DNA of 64,000 bases, taken from assembly GCA_965228895.1 (NCBI GenBank), contig OZ245842.1, forward strand, positions 2,112,001-2,176,000, read 5' to 3'. Shown in pieces: positions 10,028-19,271 of this stretch. Position 1 is the first letter of the stretch; each line of letters begins with the position of its first letter. A program made the translations under genes and the position numbers. Below the pieces are notes generated by a model that saw only the letters and a list, made by a program, of their open reading frames with translations, was not told the origin of the DNA and made no database searches. Source of the stretch: Alphaproteobacteria bacterium (GTDB lineage: Bacteria; Pseudomonadota; Alphaproteobacteria; SP197).

Positions 10028-11145
10028 GTCCAGGACGGCGACAGCGCGCGGGCTTGCAGGAAGGCAAGGTCGGCGACATCCGACCAGGCGCTGGCCTCAG
10101 CCCGGAACGCCTTGATGCTGTCATAGGTCTCGCGGCTCAACGTGTCATCGCCGATGGCTTCTTCGATGACGTCGACCGACAGGGTCGCCAAGGTTTCCAA
10201 GATCGTATCGGAGAACCGGCGGATATCGACACTGTGGTCGTCCTTCAGGCTTTGCAGCGAGGAGCTGTTGCGCGCGACAAACTCGTTCAGCACCATCTGA
10301 TTGGCGCCATGGCAGGCGACCTCGACCAGTGATTTGAGATCGGCGGGCAGGTCGTTCCAGGCGTCCAGGTTAACGAAACAGTCGATCGGGCCGGAGGGTT
10401 CGTGCCAGCCGGGGTAATAGTAGTACGCGGCGTGCGACTGCAGGCTGAAGGCGAGGTCGTTATAGGGCCCGACCCAATCGACCGCGTCCAGATCGCCTGA
10501 CGCCATCGCCGTTGGAATCTGGCCGCCCGGCATCGTCACGACCGTCGCGCCGGCAGCCGCCAGAACCGCGCCGCCCAGGCCGGGCATGCGGATCTTCAAG
10601 CCGTTGAAATCGTCCATCGCGTTGATTTCGCGGTTGTACCAGCCGCCCATCTGGGCGCCGGTGTTACCGGCCGGGAAGAATTTGCAGTTGAGTTCGCCGT
10701 AAATGCGGTCGGCCAAGTCCTGGCCGCCACCGAACGCAAACCACGCGTTCTGCTCCTGGGTCGTCAAGCCGAAGGGCAGGGCCGACAGGAACTGGATCGC
10801 CTTGATCTTGCCGGACCAGTAATAGGGTGCGCCGTGCCCCATCTGCGCCGTGCCGTTGCCGACCGCATCGATCGACTCAAACGGCGGCACGATTTCGCCC
10901 GCGCTCCTGACCGTGACCGTCAGACGTCCGCCCGAGGCTTCAGTGATGTACCGGGCCAGTCTGTCGGCACCGGTTCCCAGACCCGGGAAACCGGGCGGCC
11001 ACGCGGTGACCATGTCCCAATCGATCGTGCTTTGGGCAATTGCCGGTGCCGGGAGCGCGGAGGCGCCGGCAGCGACGCCGCCCGCGGCTGCGCCTTTCAA
11101 CATGTCGCGGCGTGCGAGCGGGCGTTTGGGCGTTTTTTCGGTCAT
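10024..11145 (-). CDS. dctP: TRAP substrate-binding protein, TakP-like, Tat-exported
   Basis: Twin-Arg signal ARRDMLKG, GNTGAQMGGW, KIRMPGLGG, WVGPYND, YYPGWHEP; RBS AGGGG upstream. Confidence 0.9.
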   Translation of the reverse strand: MTEKTPKRPLARRDMLKGAAAGGVAAGASALPAPAIAQSTIDWDMVTAWPPGFPGLGTGADRLARYITEASGGRLTVTVRSAGEIVPPFESIDAVGNGTAQMGHGAPYYWSGKIKAIQFLSALPFGLTTQEQNAWFAFGGGQDLADRIYGELNCKFFPAGNTGAQMGGWYNREINAMDDFNGLKIRMPGLGGAVLAAAGATVVTMPGGQIPTAMASGDLDAVDWVGPYNDLAFSLQSHAAYYYYPGWHEPSGPIDCFVNLDAWNDLPADLKSLVEVACHGANQMVLNEFVARNSSSLQSLKDDHSVDIRRFSDTILETLATLSVDVIEEAIGDDTLSRETYDSIKAFRAEASAWSDVADLAFLQARALSPSWT

Positions 11146-11182
11146 CATGTCCCCTGGTATCGTCGGCAACGGCAAGGTTGGC

Positions 11183-11956
11183 TCAGTCGGTCTCGAGGTC
11201 CTGCCAACCTGTCGCGGTCAGTGCCTCGAGAGGCCGGAAGCGTGCCTTGTAGGACATCTTATCGCAGCCGGCGATCCAGTAGCCCAGATAGACGAACGGC
11301 ATCGCGTGCGCCGCTGCGTGGTTGATCTGCCACAGGATCATGTACGTCCCAAGACTGCGCTCGGCGAGATCGGGGTCAAAGAACTTGTAGATGCCCGACA
11401 GACCGTCGCCGATCCAATCGGTAAGCGAGACACCGACCAGATCGTCCTCGCTGGTGCGGAACTCGATCAGCCTCGTCTTGACCGGCGTTTCTTCGATCAT
11501 CGCGCGATAGTCGGCAAACGTCATGGTCGCCATGCCGCCGTCGTGATGCCGCTGCTTTTGATAGCGGTCGAAGACGTCGTACTGCTCCAGGGTCGCGGTC
11601 GCGTCGACGATGGTCGCCTTGAGATCGTCGTTGCGCCGCCATGTCTTGCGCATGGTGCGCCCCGGACTGAAGCGCGCGACCGGTTTGCGCACGGGAACGC
11701 ACGCGTTGCACCCGACGCAGGCCGGTTTGTAGACGAGGTTGTGGCTGCGGCGAAAGCCGGCGCCGGTGAGCTCATCGTGAATATCCTGGGCGAACGGACC
11801 GGACAGATCCGTCACGATTTTCATTTCCATCCGGTTGGGCAGATAGGGACAGGTCTGACCGCGTGTGCCGAAGAAGAAGGCAAGCGGGCGCGTGCGCTCT
11901 TGCCCGCCGCTTGAGGCAAGCGCTGAATCGAGGGGTCTGCCGTCTGGTCTTGTCAT
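11183..11956 (-). CDS. bpt: Aminoacyl-tRNA-protein transferase, ATE1/Bpt family
   Basis: CPYLP, GFRRS, CxxCxAC, SLGTYMIL, YLGYWI...KMSYK; start uncertain. Confidence 0.88.
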   Translation of the reverse strand: MTRPDGRPLDSALASSGGQERTRPLAFFFGTRGQTCPYLPNRMEMKIVTDLSGPFAQDIHDELTGAGFRRSHNLVYKPACVGCNACVPVRKPVARFSPGRTMRKTWRRNDDLKATIVDATATLEQYDVFDRYQKQRHHDGGMATMTFADYRAMIEETPVKTRLIEFRTSEDDLVGVSLTDWIGDGLSGIYKFFDPDLAERSLGTYMILWQINHAAAHAMPFVYLGYWIAGCDKMSYKARFRPLEALTATGWQDLETD

Positions 11957-12017
11957 GCCGGCGAAAGGGTAGAGCAGATCACCTTGTGATGGAATTGCTT
12001 CACGATGGCGCCGTCGC

Positions 12018-13871
12018 TCACGGCAGGTTGTAGTAAACGGGCGCAAAGAATGAGAATGCCACCCACAAGATCAGCACCAGCGGCAGGCCGACCTTGATGA
12101 AGTCGCTGAACCGATAATGCCCGGGCGCCATGACCAGAAGATTGGTCTGATAGCCGATCGGCGAGGCGAACGAGCAACTGGCGGCCATCACGACAGCGAC
12201 GGCAAAGGCCATGGGATCGACACCCAGGCTGTGCGCCATGCTGATCCCTATCGGCGTGAACAAGACGGCCGACGCGTTGTTGCTGAGAATGTTCGTCATG
12301 ATGGCGATCATCAGGAAGAAGGCGGACAACACGACCGCCGGTCCGGCATCGCCGGTCGCGCCGATCACCAGCGCGGCCAAGTAAGCGGCACCGCCCGTGT
12401 GTTGCATCGCAGCGCCCATCGCGAGCGCGGCGCCGACCAGCATGACCACCTTGATGTCGACGGCGCGGGTCGCCTGGCGCACGTTCAGACAACTGGTCGC
12501 GATCATGGCCGATGCGCCAGCGACCGAGGCGATGACCGGCGGCAGGATATCGGTGGCGATGGCAAGCACCACCAGCGCCAAGATGGTGAGGGCGCGGCGT
12601 GCCAGCGGCACGTTGGGCAGTTCGGCGGCCGACCACTCCATCAGCAGAACGTCGGGGTTGGCCCGCAGGGCCTCGATCTCGCCGCGCCGGCCCTGGACCA
12701 GCAGCACATCGCCGGGCTCCAGACGTATCTCGGTGATGCGCTGGCGGATCATGCGCGAGCGCCGTTGAATGCCCAGGACCAGACTCGAGAAACGACGCCG
12801 GAAGCCGATCTGCTCCAGGTTCTGGCCGACCATCCGGCTGGCCGGTGCGATCATAACCTCGACAAGGACGCGTTCCTCGCCCGGCATCCAGCCCCATTGT
12901 TCATCGCCGGCATCGGTGTCGCGCCGGTCGACATCGGCCATCAGGCCGTGGTCACGGGCCAGGGCGTCGGCCAGCGCCTGGCGCGTCCCGGCAACCACCA
13001 GCGTGTCACCGGGCGCCAGGGCGACGGAATCGAACGGCGGCAGCTCGGCGTGTTCGCCGCGCTGGACCATCTGCACCGTGATATCGGGCAAGCTGGCGAA
13101 CTGACCGGCCGCCGCGTGCTGGCCAACCAGGTTCGACGACGGCGCCAGGGTGATTTGCGCGATGTACTGGCGCCCGGCGTTGCCCACCAGGCGGCCGGCC
13201 AGGCCGCTGCGTGGTTTGAGCAGACGCGGGGCGACCAGGATCGTATAGACCAGACCGATACTTGCCAGGACCACACCCGGTACGGCGAAAGAAAACATAC
13301 TGAACGGCTGTTCGCCGAGTTCCCGCAGACTGCCGGAGACCAGGAGGTTCGTGCTGGAGCCGATCAACGTAATCATGCCGCCCAGGCAGGCCGCATAACT
13401 CAGAGGGATCATCACTTTGCTGACGGAACGTCCGCGCCGTTCCGCGAGCGCCTGCAGGACCGGGATGAAGACGACAACGATTGGCGTGTTGTTGGCGAAC
13501 GCCGAAAGCACGAGGGCGACGATCAGCGCAAGGCCGATGGCGACGCGGGCGCGTCCGCGCGTCAGCATCAGCATGCCGCCGGCGATGCGTTGCAGCGCGC
13601 CCGTCTGGATCAACCCCTGGCCAACCACCAACAGGCAGACGACGGTGATCAGCGCGGGGTTGGCGAAGCCGGCCAGAACTTCGCTTGGCGCCATCAGGTT
13701 TTCGCCGTCTGGCCCGGCCAATGGCAGAATGTTGAAAATGACGAGCAGGACGGCGATCACGCTGATCGAGGTGAACTCCAGCGTGTAGGTTTCGGTCGCA
13801 TAGAGGTAGACCGCCACCACAATGACGGCGAATGTCAGCCACATCGACAGAGATGCGTCGGGCATGGGCAT
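12018..13871 (-). CDS. SLC13/CitMHS-type permease with TrkA-C domains
   Basis: LSAFANNTPIV, LIGSSTNLLVS, LSNNASAVLFTPI, SPIGYQTN; central hydrophilic TrkA-C repeats. Confidence 0.9.
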   Translation of the reverse strand: MPMPDASLSMWLTFAVIVVAVYLYATETYTLEFTSISVIAVLLVIFNILPLAGPDGENLMAPSEVLAGFANPALITVVCLLVVGQGLIQTGALQRIAGGMLMLTRGRARVAIGLALIVALVLSAFANNTPIVVVFIPVLQALAERRGRSVSKVMIPLSYAACLGGMITLIGSSTNLLVSGSLRELGEQPFSMFSFAVPGVVLASIGLVYTILVAPRLLKPRSGLAGRLVGNAGRQYIAQITLAPSSNLVGQHAAAGQFASLPDITVQMVQRGEHAELPPFDSVALAPGDTLVVAGTRQALADALARDHGLMADVDRRDTDAGDEQWGWMPGEERVLVEVMIAPASRMVGQNLEQIGFRRRFSSLVLGIQRRSRMIRQRITEIRLEPGDVLLVQGRRGEIEALRANPDVLLMEWSAAELPNVPLARRALTILALVVLAIATDILPPVIASVAGASAMIATSCLNVRQATRAVDIKVVMLVGAALAMGAAMQHTGGAAYLAALVIGATGDAGPAVVLSAFFLMIAIMTNILSNNASAVLFTPIGISMAHSLGVDPMAFAVAVVMAASCSFASPIGYQTNLLVMAPGHYRFSDFIKVGLPLVLILWVAFSFFAPVYYNLP

Positions 13872-14109
13872 GGCAGGCGTTCGCCCTGTTCCGTGGTCGT
13901 CGAGTTGGCCGATTATACCAAAGTTGGTGCCATCGCCCGCTTTTACACGGCGCGGCGCAATCGGGCGGCTATTGGGGCGGCGGGCGCATGTCATACAGCC
14001 TTGTCGGGCCCATGAACAGCGCGATTTTTTGGCAATCTCGCGCCGTACAGGTAGAGGTTTTCAAGACGGCTGCGCTATCATCGCCCGGTGACGGCAGGGG
14101 GATGAGGCC

Positions 14110-14601
14110 TTGAGCCGAAAACGCAACTTTACCAAGCGACAATTGCGCGATGCTCTCGGGCGTTTTGCGACGGGTGTCACGATCATCACGACCTGTACCC
14201 GGGAAGGCGAATTGCTGGGAATCACGGCCAATTCGTTCAATTCCGTGTCTCTTGAGCCGCCGATGGTGCTGTTCAGCTTGGCGCGCGAGGCTTACAGCCT
14301 GAACAAGTTCGAGACCTGTGATTTCTTCGCGGTCAACATCCTGCGCGAGGATCAGAGGGACCTGTCCGACAAGTTCGCCAAGGCGTCAGTCGACAAGTGG
14401 GAAGGCGTCGACTACACGACCGGCGTCACCAGTTGTCCGCTGATCCCTGAATCGCTGGCAACGTTCGAGTGTTACACGCGCTTCCACTATGACGGCGGCG
14501 ACCACGTGATCTTTGTCGGCGAGGCGTTCAACATGACCGCCGGTGACGGCGGTCCTCCGTTGCTTTACTTCGACGGAAAGTACGAAAAAATCAGCTCATA
14601 A
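14110..14601 (+). CDS. Flavin reductase family protein
   Basis: LGRFATGVTIIT, TANSFNSVSLEPP and GGDHVIFVGE motifs. Confidence 0.92.
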   Translation: MSRKRNFTKRQLRDALGRFATGVTIITTCTREGELLGITANSFNSVSLEPPMVLFSLAREAYSLNKFETCDFFAVNILREDQRDLSDKFAKASVDKWEGVDYTTGVTSCPLIPESLATFECYTRFHYDGGDHVIFVGEAFNMTAGDGGPPLLYFDGKYEKISS

Positions 14602-14669
14602 ATCACTTTAAGAGCAGAAGATTTTAAGATTTATAACAAAAGGTTATTGAATATAATTAGTTTAACATA

Positions 14670-15467
14670 TTAGGAGGTTCTTGACACCCATGCCATGGCG
14701 CAATCCAGGAGATTCCTGATCGTTGCCTTCACCTTGTCGGCGCGCTTGTCGAGATAGCGGAACGGCGGGTCTTCTTCCATGTAGGTGATCTCGGAAAGCT
14801 CGAGCTGAACGGCATGGATGCCGTCATCGGGCTGGCCGTAACTGCGCGTGATAAAGCCGCCCTTGAACCGCCCGTTCAGCACCGCGCCGTGTTCGGCGCC
14901 CCGTTCGGCGATCGCCAGCAGTTGGCCGGCGAGTTCGGCGTCGGCGCTGGCGCCTGACGCCGTTCCCAGGTTGAAATCGGGCAGGCGGCCGTCAAAGAAG
15001 CGGGGCGCGACCGAGCGGATCGTATGGCCGTCCCACAGGACAACCCGGTCATGGCGCGCCCGCAGCCGTTTGAGTTCGGCGGCGATCTGATCGTGATAGG
15101 GGCGCCAATAGGTTTCCAGGCGGCGCTCGATCTCCACATCATCGGGCGCCTGTCCGGGCAGATAGATCGGCGAGAAGTCGAACATGGTGAGGGGGCACAG
15201 CTCTGTATTGCTGGCACCCGGATAGAGCGGCGCGTTGTCCGGCGCGCGGTTGAGATCGATGACATAGCGTGAATGGGTCGCCGTCAGCACCGTTGTGCCC
15301 ATGTCAGCCGCCATGTCGTAAAGCCGGTCGACATGCCAGTCCGTATCCGGCACGTGACGCGCCGGACCGGTCATGTGTTCGGCAATGCCGATCGGCACGT
15401 GGGTGCCGGCATGGGGCAGGCTGACAAGAAGCGGCGCCTCGCCGCGGATCAGCGTATAGGGTTGCAT
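14670..15467 (-). CDS. hutG: N-formylglutamate deformylase/amidohydrolase
   Basis: SLPHAGT, DTDWHVDRLY, SRYVIDLNR, RFKGGFITRSYG, HAVQLEL. Confidence 0.9.
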   Translation of the reverse strand: MQPYTLIRGEAPLLVSLPHAGTHVPIGIAEHMTGPARHVPDTDWHVDRLYDMAADMGTTVLTATHSRYVIDLNRAPDNAPLYPGASNTELCPLTMFDFSPIYLPGQAPDDVEIERRLETYWRPYHDQIAAELKRLRARHDRVVLWDGHTIRSVAPRFFDGRLPDFNLGTASGASADAELAGQLLAIAERGAEHGAVLNGRFKGGFITRSYGQPDDGIHAVQLELSEITYMEEDPPFRYLDKRADKVKATIRNLLDCAMAWVSRTS

Positions 15468-15508
15468 CGGTACTCCTTGGTCGCCTCCGTAACGCGGTGA
15501 GCGAGCCG

Positions 15509-17944
15509 TTAGGGCGTCTCAGACGGTTGAAGCAACAGGGTGTGGGCGGGCTCGATCAACGCGCGGTCCGTTGGAATGGTGACCATGTCGTTGTCGCGCC
15601 AGCGCGTGACCATGTTGTCGTAGTACGGCGAGAAGATATGGCCCGATTGCCCGGGCACCCAGACAAATCGAGAGTTGTTGAGATCGGCCAGGTCCATCAC
15701 GGCACGCATGCTGGCGCCGTGGACGGTTTCGAAGACCGCGTTGTCGTTGTTGAAGATGTAGACGCCGACATTGACGCTGTAACTGTCGCCGCCGATGGGG
15801 ACACGGATTTCGGTTATGTCCGACAGCACCGGCACATGCTGAAACAGACGGTGGCGGAAGACTGCGGCGTGGGCTTCGCCCCACCGCCAGGTGGCGGGAT
15901 CGGTTCCGTAGCGCGCGGTAAGAAAGGCTGCGGCATCGTCGAATGCCTGCCCGGCAAGCCGATGGCAGGCAGCCGCGGCTATCTCGGCATCTTGGGTCTC
16001 ATCGACACACCAATCGGCGAGGTCGCCGGACATCACCGCGTGGACAAAGGTCGGCCGGTGCCACCACGCGTCAAAAAACAGCTCACCCAGATCGTCGGCA
16101 TAGATGAGGCGCGTCAGTTCGCGATACCAGGTCGCGAAGATCAGAGGTTGGTCCGATGCCTCGTCCATGTCGCCGCGCCAATCGACAAGCCTGTCTCTCA
16201 ACGTCTGGCCAAGGGGCGTTTCCGGCTCGCTTGCCAGAGCAAAGGGCAGGAAGTGCTGGGCCATCAGGGAGTGCGTATCGGCCTGGATGGCGGCGAACGT
16301 TTCGACCGTATGGTCGCGGCTGAGATCCAGGAGGTCGCGGATCCGCTGGCTGCGGTAGCCCGGCTCCCAGTCGTTGCTCAGAAAGTAAGGGTAATCGTCG
16401 CCGACGACCTTTTCGTTTGCGGTGACGATGTAGCCGCGCGGCGGGTCGACCAGTTGGGGCAGATCCTCGAACGGGATCGCGCCGACCCAGTCGTAGTCGC
16501 CCGACCAGCCGGGGACGGGGACCGATCCGTCGCCGCTTCGCCGGATCGGGATGATGGCGGGCGCGTAGTAGCCGATGCGTCCGCCGGTCTCGGCCAGGAC
16601 GATGTTCTGTTGGGGGCCGCGATAGTCACGCGCCGCTTCAAGCGCATCCTCCCATGACGTCGCCGTGTGCAGCTTGAGGGCCGCCTGGATGCTGCGGTCA
16701 TCGTCGCTCAGCATGGTCCACGCGAGTGCGACAATCTCGTCGTCTTCGCCCAGGCCGTCCGTGTAGTCGGGGTAGATGTCGGAGATGACGGGGCCATGCC
16801 GCGTGCTGCGGATCGTGATGGTCTCATCGTCACCAAACCGAACGGTGATGGTCTCGTCGCGCAGCACGAATGGATCGCTGCCGTCGGGCGTGACGTAGCG
16901 GCCGGGATCGTCCGGGTCGACACGTTCCAGGAAGAGATCCTGGGTGTCGGGACCTGTGTTGGTAAGGCCCCAGGCGAGATCGCGGTTGTGGCCGACAATG
17001 ATCGCGGGAACGCCGGGCAAGGTCGCGCCAACGACGGAAAGACCCGGCGCTTCAAGATGCGCCATGTACCAGGTGGCCGGGATGTTGTGGCCGAGATGGG
17101 GGTCGTTGGCCAGCAGCGGACTGCCCGAGGCGGTCATCGTGCCGTCGACGACCCAGTTGTTCGACCCGTTTCCTGGCCGGGGCAAGAGGTCGAGAAAGGC
17201 TTGGATCCAGGGTGCGCCGCCCAGGCCGGCGGCGCGGAGCGCCTCATCGACAATGATCGGCCCATCGGCCGGATGCGGCGGGAAGAACGCCTCGGTCTTT
17301 TCTGGCCCGAGCAACTCGATCATGCGCGCGCGCAGAACTTCCGAACGCCAGTTGCCGGAGAGGTGAAGCGCCATCACCTTGAGCCAGGCGAGCGAATCCT
17401 TCGGTTGCCAAGGCGCCGGTGCGCCGGCGAGCAAGAGGTCGAGTTCCGGGGCGGCGCCGCCGCGATGGGTGGCGAGGTACGCGTTAACGCCGGCCGCATA
17501 GGCTTCAAGCGTGCCGATCGTTGACGGATCGAGCTTTTCAAGGCTGGCAGCGGCAAGGCCGTCCAGGTCGAGCATGCGGAAGAACCGGTCAAAACGAACG
17601 GTTGCGCTGCCCATAACTGACGACAAGCGCCCCCGGACGATCAGCCGTTGCTGTTCCATCTGGAACATGCGGTCCTGGGCATGAACGAAACCGAGCCCGA
17701 AAAAGGCGTCCGCCGGCGACGCCGCAAAGATATGCGGCACCCCGTTGGCGTCACGCTGGATCTGAACCGTATCGGCCGGACCGTTGACCTCTATCGTGCC
17801 GTCGAGTTGCGGCAGCGAATACCACAGCCACCCGGCTCCGGCCGCGATCAGGCCCGCGATGACCACGACGAGGATCCCCAGGCCGAACAGAAGACGGCGT
17901 GGCCAGCGCCATGGCGACTTCGGTTTTTCTTGTAGAAAAGTCAA
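15509..17944 (-). CDS. Penicillin acylase family (Ntn) amidase with N-terminal membrane anchor
   Basis: GVPHIFA, HAQDRMFQME, GSNNW (beta-chain Ser nucleophile), ANDPHL, PGQSG; start placed at TTG 17944 just after the upstream stop (uncertain). Confidence 0.88.
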   Translation of the reverse strand: MTFLQEKPKSPWRWPRRLLFGLGILVVVIAGLIAAGAGWLWYSLPQLDGTIEVNGPADTVQIQRDANGVPHIFAASPADAFFGLGFVHAQDRMFQMEQQRLIVRGRLSSVMGSATVRFDRFFRMLDLDGLAAASLEKLDPSTIGTLEAYAAGVNAYLATHRGGAAPELDLLLAGAPAPWQPKDSLAWLKVMALHLSGNWRSEVLRARMIELLGPEKTEAFFPPHPADGPIIVDEALRAAGLGGAPWIQAFLDLLPRPGNGSNNWVVDGTMTASGSPLLANDPHLGHNIPATWYMAHLEAPGLSVVGATLPGVPAIIVGHNRDLAWGLTNTGPDTQDLFLERVDPDDPGRYVTPDGSDPFVLRDETITVRFGDDETITIRSTRHGPVISDIYPDYTDGLGEDDEIVALAWTMLSDDDRSIQAALKLHTATSWEDALEAARDYRGPQQNIVLAETGGRIGYYAPAIIPIRRSGDGSVPVPGWSGDYDWVGAIPFEDLPQLVDPPRGYIVTANEKVVGDDYPYFLSNDWEPGYRSQRIRDLLDLSRDHTVETFAAIQADTHSLMAQHFLPFALASEPETPLGQTLRDRLVDWRGDMDEASDQPLIFATWYRELTRLIYADDLGELFFDAWWHRPTFVHAVMSGDLADWCVDETQDAEIAAAACHRLAGQAFDDAAAFLTARYGTDPATWRWGEAHAAVFRHRLFQHVPVLSDITEIRVPIGGDSYSVNVGVYIFNNDNAVFETVHGASMRAVMDLADLNNSRFVWVPGQSGHIFSPYYDNMVTRWRDNDMVTIPTDRALIEPAHTLLLQPSETP

Positions 17945-17954
17945 GTATTTGAGT

Positions 17955-19118
17955 TCATTTCTTAAGGTCTCGTAGCAACGACTCGCGATGCTCGTCCAGG
18001 CGCGGAATGGCGCCTCTGACGCTGGGGTCGTCATAGGCTGACAGTTTGATCGGGTTGCCGGCCATGGAGAGCTTGCCGGTTTCGGCATCCTCAACGCTGA
18101 CCACCATGTTGCGGGCCAGGACCTGAGGATCGGCCAAGACCTCGGCAACGTTGTTGATCGGGCCGCAGGGCACGCCTGCGGCCTCAAGTACCTTCAGCCA
18201 GTGACCCGTCATATGGTCGGCCAGCGCAGCCTCGACCTCGATTTTGAGCGCCGCCACGTGGTGGGCGCGGTCGCTGTTGGTCAGATAGCGCGGATCGTCG
18301 ACCCATTCCGGCTTGCCCAGAGCCCCGGCCAGCTTGGCGAAAAGAGAATCATTGCCGGCCGCAATGATCAGGTGGCCGTCGGCCGTCGCGTAGGCCTCGA
18401 ACGGCACGATCGAGGGATGGCGCGCACCGAGCGGTTTCGGTGTTTCGCCGGTGGCGACATAGCGGGCGATGGCATTTTCCAGGATCGCCACTTGGCAATC
18501 CAGCATGCCGACGTCGATTTTCATGCCTTCGCCGGTACGCTCGCGGTCATAGACCGCCGATGCGATGCCGATGGTCGTGAACAGGCCCGCCGTGATATCG
18601 CCGACACTCGTGCCCACCCGTGTCGGCGGGCCGTCGGGCTGGCCGGTCAGGCTCATGACGCCGCCCATGCCCTGGACGACCATGTCATAGGCCGGCCGCT
18701 CGGCGTAGGGCCCGCTGTGACCGAAGCCGGAGACGGCGGCATAGATCAGTTGCGGATACTGCTCGTGGAGCACATCCCAGCCCAGACCGAGCTTATCCAT
18801 GACGCCGGCACGGTAGTTCTCGACCAGGATGTCGGCGCTGGCCAAGAGATCATGAAAGATCGCACGATCGGCATCGTCCTTGAGGTTGAGGGCGATACTT
18901 TCCTTGCCGCGGTTGAGCGACGCGAAATAGGCGGAGACCGCACCCATATAGGGGCCGAAATGGCGGGCATCGTCGCCCTTTTCCGGGACTTCGATCTTGA
19001 TGACGCGGGCGCCCAGGTCGCTCAGCACCATCGTGCAGTAGGGCCCGGCGAGAACGCGGGTGAGATCGAGAACGGTCAATCCGCTGAAAGGGCCGCTGGA
19101 GGGGCCGTCGGCTGGCAC
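17955..19118 (-). CDS. Family III CoA-transferase (CaiB/BaiF)
   Basis: VLDLTRVLAGPYC, DLGARVIKIE, NRGKESIALNLK, VENYR, AYDMVVQ. Confidence 0.93.
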   Translation of the reverse strand: MPADGPSSGPFSGLTVLDLTRVLAGPYCTMVLSDLGARVIKIEVPEKGDDARHFGPYMGAVSAYFASLNRGKESIALNLKDDADRAIFHDLLASADILVENYRAGVMDKLGLGWDVLHEQYPQLIYAAVSGFGHSGPYAERPAYDMVVQGMGGVMSLTGQPDGPPTRVGTSVGDITAGLFTTIGIASAVYDRERTGEGMKIDVGMLDCQVAILENAIARYVATGETPKPLGARHPSIVPFEAYATADGHLIIAAGNDSLFAKLAGALGKPEWVDDPRYLTNSDRAHHVAALKIEVEAALADHMTGHWLKVLEAAGVPCGPINNVAEVLADPQVLARNMVVSVEDAETGKLSMAGNPIKLSAYDDPSVRGAIPRLDEHRESLLRDLKK

Positions 19119-19271
19119 GGGAGTTCACCTGTCGAAAGAGGAAGATCGCGCGTTTCTAGCCCATGCGGCATTCGTGGTCCAACGCCCGGCGTCACAGCGA
19201 ATTTCTTTGATTCGTGCGATAATCCCCCAATATGAAGGGCCTTCGATGACGGGGGCACCAGGGAAGAACGG

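Noticed and set aside
12117-14015. 632-aa + strand ORF, and similar long ORFs at 40914-42263, 45220-46671, 46604-47989 and 51349-52932
   Set aside because: Antisense shadows of well-supported genes, expected in high-GC DNA; no recognisable motifs
14660-14688. Chromosomal dif site
   Set aside because: Only a XerD-like arm matches; the XerC arm is poor at 6-bp spacing and lies in hutG coding sequence
17945-18187. N-terminal extension of the acylase ORF
   Set aside because: Overlaps the CoA-transferase in another frame; not evidence of a fusion or frameshift
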